Positions 18,841-28,951 of a DNA stretch of 64,000 nucleotides are shown one piece after another. Source of the stretch: a virus; IMG/VR virus record IMGVR_UViG_3300036795_000241, positions 11,684-75,683 of that record. One strand, given 5' to 3'. Numbering within the stretch: position 1 is the first letter of the stretch; every line of letters starts with the position of its first letter. The notes below the pieces were generated by a model. It was not told where the DNA came from. It did no database searches and saw only the letters and a list, made by a program, of their open reading frames with translations. The translations under genes were made by a program, and so were the position numbers.

Positions 18841-19407
18841 ATGAGTACTACGCCCACACCGAAGAGGCACCACCGCATCCGCAACACCGTGATTGGCGGT
18901 ATCGTTATCGGCGGCTTCGCCATCGCGATGGCGAACACTGGCGGAAGCAGCCAGTCGCCGACCGCCAAGTCCTCCGTCGCGCCCGTTTCCGTGTGCAAGA
19001 CGCCGAGTCCCGTGAGCCCGGGAACGGCGTGTGCGCAGCCGAAGAAGGCGTCCGCCACACCCGCGGCGGTTACCGTTCCGACCACTCCGCCTCCGGCCCC
19101 GGCGCCGAAGTCCGACACCGTAACGTACCAGGTGACCGGCACCGCTCCGGCCGATGTCACGTACGGACCGTCCGGCTCGAACTCGACCGGTTCCGTCCCG
19201 ATGAGCACGACGGTGAACATCCCGGACAAGGCGCCGGCGTACTACGCGATCAGTGCGCAGCTGCAGGGCGACGGCGCCGTGAGCTGCGTGATCCGGGTCA
19301 ACGGAAAGGCGGTCTCGGTCGGGCAGGCGTCCGGCGGCTACAACATCGCCACCTGCGAGATCACCCAGGGCCTGTTCGGCGGCTGGGAGGACGCGAACGC
19401 TGGCTGA
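18841..19407 (+). CDS. MmpS-like membrane-anchored protein
   Basis: N-terminal TM helix, Pro/Thr linker, VTYQVTG...VSCVIRVNG...ATC. Confidence 0.7.
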   Translation: MSTTPTPKRHHRIRNTVIGGIVIGGFAIAMANTGGSSQSPTAKSSVAPVSVCKTPSPVSPGTACAQPKKASATPAAVTVPTTPPPAPAPKSDTVTYQVTGTAPADVTYGPSGSNSTGSVPMSTTVNIPDKAPAYYAISAQLQGDGAVSCVIRVNGKAVSVGQASGGYNIATCEITQGLFGGWEDANAG

Positions 19408-19441
19408 CTGCGCCCCGGCTCCGTAACTTAGACCAAGCAGC

Positions 19442-19470
19442 TTGACATCCGCGAAGAACTCTGCTAGACT
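19442..19470 (+). promoter_or_regulatory. Primary-sigma promoter
   Basis: TTGACA-N17-TAGACT. Confidence 0.8.
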
Positions 19471-19500
19471 GTAGCTGGATGGGGAGAGAGGAGGTACCCG

Positions 19501-19948
19501 ATGTTTAGTCCATTCCCGCTGAGAACGTGGCCCTTGTGTCTCGTCCTGGTTATCGTGCTCGGATGGCCGTATTTCGTGTGGTCGGGAGGGGAAGCTGCAC
19601 GAGCGACGGTCCTGTGGTGCCTCTTCCTCTCCCTGTCCGTTATCGCCATTCGCATTCTCGTAGTCAGGAGCAAGCGTCATGTCCGCCGTTAACCAGAAGG
19701 GAGTCGCACCGAGGTCCGTTATCGGGGCAGTCTTCCTGTCCATCGTCATACCGGGTGCCGGCGCAATGTACGGTGGCAGGTCCGGCGACGGGATCTTCCA
19801 GATGATCCTCTTCGTCCTCGGATTCGTCATCGCAGTCGCGATCACCCCGTATGTCGTACTGCTGTTCCCGATTCTGTACCTGTTCGCCTTGCTCTCGGCG
19901 GCGTCATCCGTCAAGCAGTGGAACGCTGCACACGGGATCGTGTCGTAA
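19501..19948 (+). CDS. Two small membrane proteins (second is TM2-like)
   Basis: Hydrophobic helices; LSIVIPGAGAMYGG. Confidence 0.6.
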
Positions 19949-22900
19949 GTGGGTCTCCGTAACCTATTCCGTACCCGCTGGATCGGCGACAATCCGATCA
20001 GCTGGGAAGAATGCTGGCGCTGCAATGGGGCGGGGTACCTCACGCTGCGCCCCGGAGTAGGTTACGTCCCCGCCTTCCGAATCGACGGTAATACGACCGA
20101 GTGCAACATCTGCGGAGCGTACAAGTTCGTACCGGTTTCTCGCCGGGCCGAAGGAGAAGTGGAGATGCGTAATGGCTGACGATGACGGCGTTCGGACCCT
20201 GGTTGCTATCGGAATCTTCCGCAATCGGAAGCCGGAGGCACCGGAGCCGAGCGCCGCAAAGGTGTTCGATGTCGATCTTGAGCTGAGCATGATCGCGCCG
20301 GAATCCCGCGCAAAGGTTAAACGGCTGATCGCGCTCGATCCGGCACTGGCGGAAGGTCTCATCGAGGTTGTCCGCAGCGCGTACGACGAAGGCTCGGACG
20401 ACGCCATCGACACCATCGCTACAGGTACTACACACGAAAGGTAGGGGGCGCAATGTCTCGTATCGTAATGGTCGAATTCGCGGACAAGAAGGAAGCCGAC
20501 TCGTTCGTTCGGGGGATGCAGCCGAATGCCGAGACCGAGCTGAGTCTCGACACCGCAAAGGTCGTCGCCACCGTTGCGCGACCCGAGAAGTGGTGCACCT
20601 GCGCCTACGTCGAGACGGGGACCCGCCGTGGTCGCCGTTCGAAGAGTCGTTCGCGCGGTGACTTCGGCTGGACGCGCGGGGCGCACTACGGGTGGATGCT
20701 CTGCACGAAGTGTCACAAGCCGAGCAAGGCGATGGTCGAGCACTTCGTGACGACACTACTCGCTGGGGCGAACGACCTCACGCCGGAAATCCTCGGCGAA
20801 GGTGTCCCGATCTCGCCACACCAGCGGTGGCTACTGGAAGGCGGTACCGAGATCGGGTACGGCGAAGGCTTCCCGGTCGAGGACGGCAAGCGCACGATGG
20901 TCGGTTAGGAGGAGACCTTTGTCGACTCAATCGGTCGTTCGCGACGTACACTTCGTGGTCGCAAATCACGCTACCGCCTGCGGGGAAGCAGGCGGTGCAC
21001 TGCGACAGACCTTCGAGGTCACGTGCTGGAACTGTCGATCGACCGACGCATTCCTCGACGAGCGGATGCGCCAGAACCTAAGGGAGGCGAGTGATCGTGG
21101 CGGTGACCGGTCCGCCGAAGCTAGATACGTGTAGCGTTTGCGCTTCAACGCAGCTCGAACCGCACTGTGCCTCACCGAAGTGCGATTGGCGTAAGTGCAC
21201 CGCGTGTCGCAATCTACTCGGAATGTGGCACCTCTACCGTTCGAGGCTTAACAACGGATCGTTCCGCTACCACGTTCACGTCTCCGGAAAGGACGAACAC
21301 TTTACGTAGAAGTGAGAGGACCGGCCGCCGCCAACGAACCGGTCCCCTCTACCGCCGAACCTCCGAACGGGAAACTCACTCTTTCCAGCGCCTCGTTCCA
21401 CCTTCCAGGTTACCAGAGGTCAATAGTTTCGGCAAGTATCACACGAATGAGAGGAAAGGCGTGCCGACCGTTATTGAAGACGAGGCGTGGGAAGCCGTGT
21501 CGGATACCGAACGGAGTATCGAACGCAATACGACACCGAGTAACGGCGCACAGTTGTGCACTGCGAAAGGCCTCGTAGCAGTAGCGAAGGCGCTGCTTGC
21601 GATTAACGAAACGCTGAGGGGATAACGTGGACGACACTTCCGCGACGGCCAACGGGAAAGACCGCGAATCCATCGCGAGACGTCATGTCGCGAATCCGCC
21701 GAACAAGTACACGGAATTCGAACACTGCATCTACGACGGTGACGAGTGGCCCTGCGATGCCGCAATGCTCCTCCTCGCACTGGAGGAGAAGAAGCATCCG
21801 CCGGCGTACATAATCCAGGGCGTTAACGGTCACCTCGTACTGACCTCGGAAAGCGATTCCGCGCTCTCGTTCACGCTTGCGCTGGTCGATGAGAATTACC
21901 GTGCCTCCGTTCGCTTCATGGTTGTCGATGAGCAGCTCATTCGCGATAACATCGCCACCGTGGCCAGCGAAGTGCGTAGCGGGAATCCCGGGTTGACAAC
22001 CCGGTAGTTGTCTGCTATACTGTCGGTATGACCGTAACCGCGACTACGGAGGTATAGACGCATGGCACAGGAACCCCGCGATCTCAGCCTCGAGGTTAAG
22101 CTAAAGGGTCTCGATGAGAAGATCGCCGAACTTCGCGAGGTGATCCGCGAGGCGAACGGAATGCTGAAGGATCTCGATCGCGAGAAGCGGAACGCGGCGA
22201 ACCTGATCACCTCGCGACTGAGCGCGGACGCTCTCGAAAAGGCCATCGGCGAACTCATCGATGAAGGGCTCAAGAAGTACGATGACTCGCTAGCGAAAGC
22301 AATCGATATGTCCGAGAAGCGGATCTGGAATCGCTTCGACCTCATCGTGGCAATCGCTCTCGGCGAAGATGCGCAGTCCGTTCGCCAAGGGAAGCCGTCT
22401 ATTGACGATCTGATCCGCCAGCACATCGCCTTCCACGGACCGCTACCGGTGAGACCCCCGCTACCGGACAAGTTCGATGAACGCGTTGCACACCGTTTGC
22501 TCGATCAGTTCGGACTGGAGATCCGCTCGGACGGAAAGGTCCCGGAAGGTACGATGCTGGTCATCGGGACTGGCCGAAACCCGGCCACCGGTATCGAAGA
22601 AGAAGTCGTAAACGTCGTCAAGCAAACCGACAGGAAGTAGCTAATGCGTACACTCATTCTGCGTCTCGAAGACGAGGACTACGAGACGATAACGCTGCTG
22701 CGGGAAGCGTTGAAGCGTGACGGGTCGCTAAGCGACCACAATCGCGAGGAACTGCTCGCCGCAATCGCAACCGCGGACATCGCGAATGCGCAACGGGATT
22801 ATGTACTCGCGAAGTCACTGATTGTCGTGCAGGAACGTGCCGGTGCGGCCAAGCTGTTCATCGATGGCGAGCCGTTCCCGTACGCGACACTGGACGGGTT

Positions 22901-23632
22901 CTCGGTGCATCCGAAGCGAGGTAACGCACCCGGCGTTTCGTGTACGCTTTACGCGGATCGGGTCGAACTCATCTCGACGATGGACGAGGTCACGAAGGAC
23001 GAAAAGGAGCGGCTGTTCGGTGGATAGCGTACTGGCGGTAATCCTCTACGCAACGTATCTCGCTACCGCACTCGTAATCATCACTGCTTTCGTTGTCGTA
23101 GGGCTGCCCAAACTGCGTAGACCGTCCGCGCAGCCTACCGAATTGCGGTACAGCATCTCGCGGACCCGTGCGCTCGAGTTCGACCTCTACGAGAAGTACT
23201 TCACCCGCCTGGACGGTACGATCGATTACCGCGGCTTCCTCGAACCCGGTTCGATAGCGCAAGTAGAAGCGTGCGAAAACGCGGTTAGCTATGTCGTAAA
23301 GAACCTAGGTCCGATGACGTCATTCGACGAGTTCATCCGTACGGCGGAGCGAATGATCACCGCGGCTTACGCCGTACCCAGTGTCGAGATTTTCGTACCG
23401 GAGGAACGCGAACCGATTCGCCGAATCGCACTGGACGGAAGCTACTTCTTCGGAGGGGACGATGATAACTGACGGAGCAGCAATCGCGGAGGAGGAGCGC
23501 AAACCGGTACTCTGCTCTCGGTGCACGAAACACGCCGGTAAACGGCTGCACTGGTGCATTAAGCTAGCTTTCCCGCCCGGACAATTGCCGGTGCGGTGCC
23601 AGTGCCCCTGCGAACAGTGGAGGAAGAAGTGA
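19949..23632 (+). CDS. Run of short hypothetical genes (e.g. 20172-20444, 20453-20908, 21627-22007, 22062-22640, 22644-23027)
   Basis: Contiguous RBS-led + strand ORFs, several with CxxC pairs; no recognisable family. Confidence 0.5.
21993..22021 (+). promoter_or_regulatory. Primary-sigma promoter
   Basis: TTGACA-N17-TATACT. Confidence 0.8.
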
Positions 23633-24030
23633 CCGAATCGGCATACCTGCATCAGCACGATGACGACATTCTTAGCGAGCAAGCGAAGGCGCAGATCGGT
23701 GTCGTGGACGATTGGCTGGACCGGGATGTCGGTCCATCGTACAAGGTCGCTCCGTTGGCGCAGGACTGGGCGCGCGTTGCGAAAGTCTGCGAAGAGGCCG
23801 GCGAAGCGATCAAGAACCTCATCGGCGCAACGGGTCAGAACCCGCGGAAAGGGATCAGCTGCGAGATCGAGGACGTGTTCTCCGAACTCGCGGATGCGTG
23901 GTGTAGCGCAATGTTCGGGATTCAGCACTTCACGAAGGACACTGACGAGACGGAACGCATCCTCCGGGGTGCACTGGAGAAGGCCTACCGTCGCGCGGTT
24001 GGTGCCCCGGTACAGCGTCCGCGACCGTGA
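23629..24030 (+). CDS. MazG-like NTP pyrophosphohydrolase
   Basis: KVCEEAGE...GQNPRKG...ELAD all-alpha NTP-PPase motif. Confidence 0.8.
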   Translation: MTESAYLHQHDDDILSEQAKAQIGVVDDWLDRDVGPSYKVAPLAQDWARVAKVCEEAGEAIKNLIGATGQNPRKGISCEIEDVFSELADAWCSAMFGIQHFTKDTDETERILRGALEKAYRRAVGAPVQRPRP

Positions 24031-24172
24031 AACGGGAAGACGGAAGTAGCTACTGGTTCGGCTGGATGAGTCCGATCGGAATCATCTGGCTGTGGCACGC
24101 GTTGTTCGACGGTACGCAACTATGTCGCTGCCAGCACAGTGCGGAATATCGACAAGCTCGGCGATCGGTGAC

Positions 24173-24202
24173 TTGACAGTTTACCGCAACCGGGTATATG
24201 CT
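24173..24202 (+). promoter_or_regulatory. Primase promoter
   Basis: TTGACA-N18-TATGCT. Confidence 0.65.
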
Positions 24203-24219
24203 GGAGGCTTATTAGAAGT

Positions 24220-24253
24220 GGAAAGGCCCGGGCCGCGACTCCCGAGCCTTTCC
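24220..24253 (-). terminator. Hairpin, candidate terminator of an antisense RNA
   Basis: GGAAAGG...CCTTTCC stem; a C-A mismatch on + becomes G-U on -. Confidence 0.5.
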
Positions 24254-24347
24254 CAAGCCAGCACATATCGGACGGAGGTGCTGAGCAATCAGTCCATCCG
24301 GTCGCAGGAAAGGACCAACAAACCTACGTCATCGAAAGGACCAACTA

Positions 24348-24410
24348 ATGTCCAGAATACCCGATCCACCCAATCCCTGTCAAGTCCGCACTTCTATTGC
24401 CCTGCGGTAG
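24348..24410 (+). CDS. Candidate 20 aa leader peptide, in frame with the primase
   Basis: GAAAGGA RBS; MSRIPDPPNPCQVRTSIALR-TAG, then GGC AAC GTG (24417). Confidence 0.45.
   Translation: MSRIPDPPNPCQVRTSIALR
24354..24383 (-). promoter_or_regulatory. Leftward (antisense) promoter
   Basis: Reverse strand TTGACA-N18-TATTCT. Confidence 0.6.
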
Positions 24411-24416
24411 GGCAAC

Positions 24417-26594
24417 GTGGTAGCCGCGACAGCATCCTCGCTACAAGAATGCATCGATAAGCTCGAGGACGTTACACAGGAGGGGTCGGAGTACCGAGCA
24501 CTTTGTCCGAATCACGGCGGACACGCACTACTTGTCTTCATCGACAAACGGAACAAGAATAGTGGTCGCGTCGTATTCCAGTGCAAGGCAGGATGCGAAT
24601 ATAGCGAGCTTGTCGTAAAGCTTCGCGAGCTCGGGATTCAACCCTTCGGCGACAATCTCGAATTCGTATACACCGACGCTAACGGAAAGCCGCTGTTCAT
24701 CAAGGTAAAGTACCGTCGCAAGTCCGACGGGCACAAGGCGCACTTCTACAAGTGCTTCGGGCGTAACGGCGTACCGATGAATCACAACAGCAAAACGAAG
24801 AATACGCGCGGACCGGACGGTAAGTGCAAGCGATGCGGAGAGAAGGATGTTCCGCCGACACTATACCGACTACCTGAGCTTATCGAAGGTATCCGCAACG
24901 GTGCGGAAGTGTGGTTCTGCGAAGGCGAGAAAGATGCCGATGCCGTATTCGAACGTCGCGGAAAGCGGAACATTGTCGTTACGTCAACGATGAACGGTGC
25001 GGATGACTGGAATGCGGAATACCGAGATCAGCTTGCCGGTGCCGCGTCAATCGTCATCGTTGCACATAACGACACGAAACTAGCTACCGGTACGAATCCA
25101 GGTTATCGTGGTGCGTGGAAGCGCTACGTATCGCTAAGCGAGTTCTCGAGCGTATCCGTAAAGCGAGCCGCCGAAGGTAACGATGCATTCGATCACTTCG
25201 CAAACGACCACGAACTCGATGACTTCGTATCCGTTTCGCCAGAGGAACTAGCGCAATACGCGAATCCCGATACACCTACCGCATCGCTAGCTGGCGAATT
25301 CGAATACACGCAACCGGAATACGCGGATCGCTTTGTCGCATTGTACGGTGATCGCTTTCGGTATATCACCGCGGAAGAGTGCTGGCTGTACTACGATGAA
25401 GGTCGATGGCGCGAAGATCAGTACGACACCGCATTCCACTTCGCCGAGACGCTATGTCGCGAGATCCTCAACGAAACGCCACGAATCGGCGATGACGGTA
25501 AGCGGAACCCGAACTATCAAGCTGCGAAAGATCGAACTAGTGTCGGCAATATCGGTGCGATCTGTCGGATTGCCCGCAATCGCCGCCCAGTTGTCACGAC
25601 ACGTGAGAAGTTCGATAGCGACCCGTTCCTGCTGAACCTCGCAAACGGAACGTACGACCTGCGTGCCCGTGAGCTTCGCGGATACGATCAGTCCGATATG
25701 ATCACGAAGCTAATCCCGTATCGCTATGACCCGGAAGCGAACGGTCCGGACTTCGATGAGTACTTCGCGGAAGTGCAACCGGACGAGCACTGGCGGGAGC
25801 AGATACTTCGCGATCTCGGATATTCGATAACCGGGAAGTACGGTGAGTTCGTATTCGTGCATGTCGGTAGTGGCGGTAACGGAAAGACCACGCTACTGAA
25901 GCTCGTTTCGCGGATCTTCCACGATTACGCAACCGCCGCTTCGTGGAAGATCCTCTCGAACAAAGCGGAAGACACGCACGAGACGATTCTAGCCGAGCTC
26001 GAAGGTAAGCGATTCGGGATTGTTCAGATGGGCGGACGCGCCCTCTCGTCCGAGCAGCTACGAACGATTGTCGCGGAGCCCGATTTCAAGGCACGTCGAA
26101 TGCGCAGCGACTCCCGCACGATTGAAGCTACGCACACGTTGCACGTGGCGCAGAACGATCCGCCTCCGATGAAGCAGCTTGACGCGAGTACACGTCGCCG
26201 AATCGTGGTCATCGAGTGGACCACCGTAATCGAAGATCAGGACGATACACTTCCCGATAAGCTTATCGCGTGCGGCGATTACGTATTGACGCGGATCATC
26301 GAGGCGTACTATCGCTTCAACCGGCACGAAATCGATAAGACCGCAACGGAAGCATACTTCGAGAAGAATCGCGTATACGCGTGGATCGCTGAGGCACTGG
26401 AGCCGGACGCTAATTCGTGGATCTCCACCGACGTGCTGTACGAAGCGTACAAGGAGTGGAGCGAAAGCTTCGGCGAGAAGGCGGAATCTTCTACGTCACT
26501 CGGTCGTACGCTAACGGCTCTCGGTTCGCTTCGTGACCGCAAATCGGAAGGCGGAAGGAAGCTGGTTATGCGCTCGGGTTTCCGATTCCGCTAG
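24417..26594 (+). CDS. DNA primase-helicase (Zn finger, TOPRIM, D5/P4-type SF3 helicase)
   Basis: CPNH...C..GC, CEGEKDAD, HND, D5_N LLNLANG..DL, GSGGNGKT. Confidence 0.92.
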   Translation: MVAATASSLQECIDKLEDVTQEGSEYRALCPNHGGHALLVFIDKRNKNSGRVVFQCKAGCEYSELVVKLRELGIQPFGDNLEFVYTDANGKPLFIKVKYRRKSDGHKAHFYKCFGRNGVPMNHNSKTKNTRGPDGKCKRCGEKDVPPTLYRLPELIEGIRNGAEVWFCEGEKDADAVFERRGKRNIVVTSTMNGADDWNAEYRDQLAGAASIVIVAHNDTKLATGTNPGYRGAWKRYVSLSEFSSVSVKRAAEGNDAFDHFANDHELDDFVSVSPEELAQYANPDTPTASLAGEFEYTQPEYADRFVALYGDRFRYITAEECWLYYDEGRWREDQYDTAFHFAETLCREILNETPRIGDDGKRNPNYQAAKDRTSVGNIGAICRIARNRRPVVTTREKFDSDPFLLNLANGTYDLRARELRGYDQSDMITKLIPYRYDPEANGPDFDEYFAEVQPDEHWREQILRDLGYSITGKYGEFVFVHVGSGGNGKTTLLKLVSRIFHDYATAASWKILSNKAEDTHETILAELEGKRFGIVQMGGRALSSEQLRTIVAEPDFKARRMRSDSRTIEATHTLHVAQNDPPPMKQLDASTRRRIVVIEWTTVIEDQDDTLPDKLIACGDYVLTRIIEAYYRFNRHEIDKTATEAYFEKNRVYAWIAEALEPDANSWISTDVLYEAYKEWSESFGEKAESSTSLGRTLTALGSLRDRKSEGGRKLVMRSGFRFR

Positions 26595-26607
26595 GATGAT
26601 AGACCCT

Positions 26608-26861
26608 GGACACGGTTTTGGACACGGTTACTACATGCGTCCTTGCTGGGAGGACACGGTTTGACATGGTTTTCAGTCTTTCACCCTCAGGGGAAAAAGG
26701 CGAACTATATGTCTATTGAGCCTACAATATCGTACGTCGATATTGTTTTTCTCCCATACAGGACTATAGTCTAAAAAACCGTGCCAACCGTGTCCCGCGC
26801 CAGTATACGAGATGTAGAACCGTGTCCAAAACCGTGTCCTAACCATGTCCGAACCGTGTCC
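26608..26861. repeat. Putative replication origin: inverted iteron arrays around an AT-rich core
   Basis: GGACACGGTT-type x4 (26608, 26620, 26652, 26662) and inverted AACCGTGTCC-type x6 (26777, 26786, 26818, 26830, 26841, 26852), directly after the primase gene. Confidence 0.8.
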
Positions 26862-26863
26862 AG

Positions 26864-26892
26864 TTGACACTCCGGTAAGAAGGGTATATACT
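26864..26892 (+). promoter_or_regulatory. Promoter abutting the origin iterons
   Basis: TTGACA-N17-TATACT, ATG 26899. Confidence 0.8.
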
Positions 26893-26898
26893 GTCGCT

Positions 26899-27616
26899 AT
26901 GGAGAGCAAAAGTATCGCGGATGGCGAAAAGCTAATCGACCTGATGTTCGGTGAGTTCGATGAGGTAGCGATCGCTATCGTATCGCACGGAAGTGCGAAT
27001 CCAAGCTGCAACGGCTTCGTGGTGCACGCACAGAGTGCTAGCGAAGCTAAGCATATCCTACGAAATGCGAATCGCTATCGTTACTGTCCACGATGCGGGC
27101 AGGACAATCACTTCCACGGAACCGTTAGCTTGCAGTGGAACTTCGAAGTACGCACCTCGAAATGACAATGGCGAACGGTGGTGCAAGGTGCCCGAATCGA
27201 CCGCACAGTTCGTCAAGCTAGCCATTAACCGCCACACCCCCGTTGCTAGACCGAAGCAACGACGTTTTCGTAGCTTACCCGACCACCGAAAGCGTAATCG
27301 CGACCAGCTTGACAAACCGGAGCATCTCTGCTATACTACTGGATGAGAGGAGGTTGACGAGATGGCCCCAGTAAAACCGATTCAGATCAAAGATATCGAC
27401 GAAACGTCCAAGCGGGTGCGCGCGGAACTGCGTACCTGCATCGATGCGCATATCCGGGGCGATAACGTGTCGGCTTACGCAGCTGCGGAACGCGCTCAGC
27501 ACATTTGCTTCGAGCTCAAAGAGCTCTTCATGCAGCCGCTGAGTATCCGAGGAAGGAAACCGAGTCCGAGTGACGATGAAATGGCGCAAAGCCAGCTACA
27601 GCAACCCGAGCGGTAA
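26899..27616 (+). CDS. Two hypothetical genes (26899-27165 leaderless; 27362-27616)
   Basis: Each follows a consensus promoter. Confidence 0.55.
27309..27337 (+). promoter_or_regulatory. Primary-sigma promoter
   Basis: TTGACA-N17-TATACT. Confidence 0.8.
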
Positions 27617-27815
27617 CTGCGCGGAGGTCTCGCAACCGGAACGGTTGGCAGAATGGCGCAAGCCATCACGCAGTAACAGCCAGGGTGCGTGCTTCGAGGT
27701 CGCGGAAGCGGACGGCATAATCGCACTCCGCGACAGCAAGGACCCGCACGGTCCGCAGTTCCACTTCTCCGCCAGTGCGTGGCGGGCCTACACCGAGAGG
27801 ATAAAGGCGAGCTAA
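27576..27815 (+). CDS. DUF397 protein (tandem motif)
   Basis: WRKASYS...NCAEV and WRKPSRS...CFEVA......RDSKDP.GP...F...AW. Confidence 0.9.
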   Translation: MKWRKASYSNPSGNCAEVSQPERLAEWRKPSRSNSQGACFEVAEADGIIALRDSKDPHGPQFHFSASAWRAYTERIKAS

Positions 27816-28500
27816 ATGGCGTTCATCGTAACGTACCGCAAGCCAGCGACCGAGTCCGGCGTTCCCGGACCGATCATCGAGCAGATCGCCATTCCGGACG
27901 AGCCTCAGCTGACCCAGATCGTGGTGGTCGAGGAAGAGCTCACGTTCATCTTCGCGGACGGCGCGGAGAAGACCATCTACGACATACCCGATGAGTGGGT
28001 CACGGTGACGCAGAGCGGTGCGACAAGGGAGGCAACGAATGGACACTGAGCAGGCGGACTACTTCGAGATACCGCCGGAGGGCGATCTCGTTCCGCCAGT
28101 GGGCTCCCGGGTCTTCGCCAAGCGAGAAGGCGAACCCGATCGTGTCGGTCTCGTGGTCGCGTGGGGTCGCGACAAAGCGGCGCACGAGCGTTTCGTCCAG
28201 CTCAAGAAAACGGCCGGCGAGAGCGCGTACGAGGCCCTGGTCGACAGCGAAGGACCGATTGTCGAGTTCGATGACGGCAACGGCGGACTGACCACCGAGT
28301 TCTACCCCGGGCAGAGCGTTACCGCGCTCAACCCGTATCAGATCCGCGAGAACATCCCGACCCGCACCGCCGGTATCGATGAGGCGGAAGCGAATCGTCT
28401 CGTAGATGCGTTCCGCGAGGGGTTCCCGGACGTTCACCCGGAAAGCAAGATTCGCGGTACCGTTACCGGTCGCCTGAACCCGCGGGACCCGGATTCCTGA
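27816..28500 (+). CDS. Two hypothetical genes (27816-28049, 28039-28500)
   Basis: Contiguous ORFs. Confidence 0.55.
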
Positions 28501-28507
28501 GGACCCA

Positions 28508-28631
28508 GGGTGAAATGGGCAGGCCAGGGTCCCAGTACTACATCGTATAAAGGTCCTGGCCTGCCCGACCTGCCCCGAAGGTATGCGACCATGTCAAATG
28601 ACATGCCCCCACCATGATCACTTCCTCAGGA
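28508..28631 (+). other. Conserved hairpin element, copy 1
   Basis: 15 bp stem 28517-31/28552-66, 20 nt loop with TACTACAT, downstream box CACCATGATCACTTCCTCAGGA. Confidence 0.75.
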
Positions 28632-28801
28632 GACTTTCGGTATGGGACAAGCTAGAAAGGATAAGCCGAAAATTTCATCCCGCGAAAGTATCCTGATTGA
28701 GCAGCAGGAGGAGCTAGCCAGGCGAAATGCGTGGCGAGAGCCAGTACGTGGAACCGTTGTTCGGTGACAAAGAAGCAAATATAACCACTTCCTAACAGGA
28801 C

Positions 28802-28830
28802 TTGACAGTGTGCCAGGTGGCGGGTAAACT
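28802..28830 (+). promoter_or_regulatory. Promoter upstream of the repeat triplet
   Basis: TTGACA-N17-TAAACT. Confidence 0.7.
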
Positions 28831-28951
28831 TGCTCCTGTGGACGGCAACCAGAAGCGTCGGAAGCGCTTTGACATCGGGGCAACTGGCGCTCGCACTTCC
28901 CCCCCAGGCGAGTGGCCGCCTTCGGGTCCGGTTTCCGTTCATGCACTATCG

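Noticed and set aside
21313-21425. Minus-strand sRNA (hairpin at about 21314-21349 plus reverse TTGACC)
   Set aside because: No acceptable -10 at 17-18 bp spacing; the hairpin alone is insufficient
28572-28599. dif-like site (ATGTCAAAT resembles a XerD arm)
   Set aside because: The XerC-side arm does not match, and the sequence is not conserved in the second copy of the element
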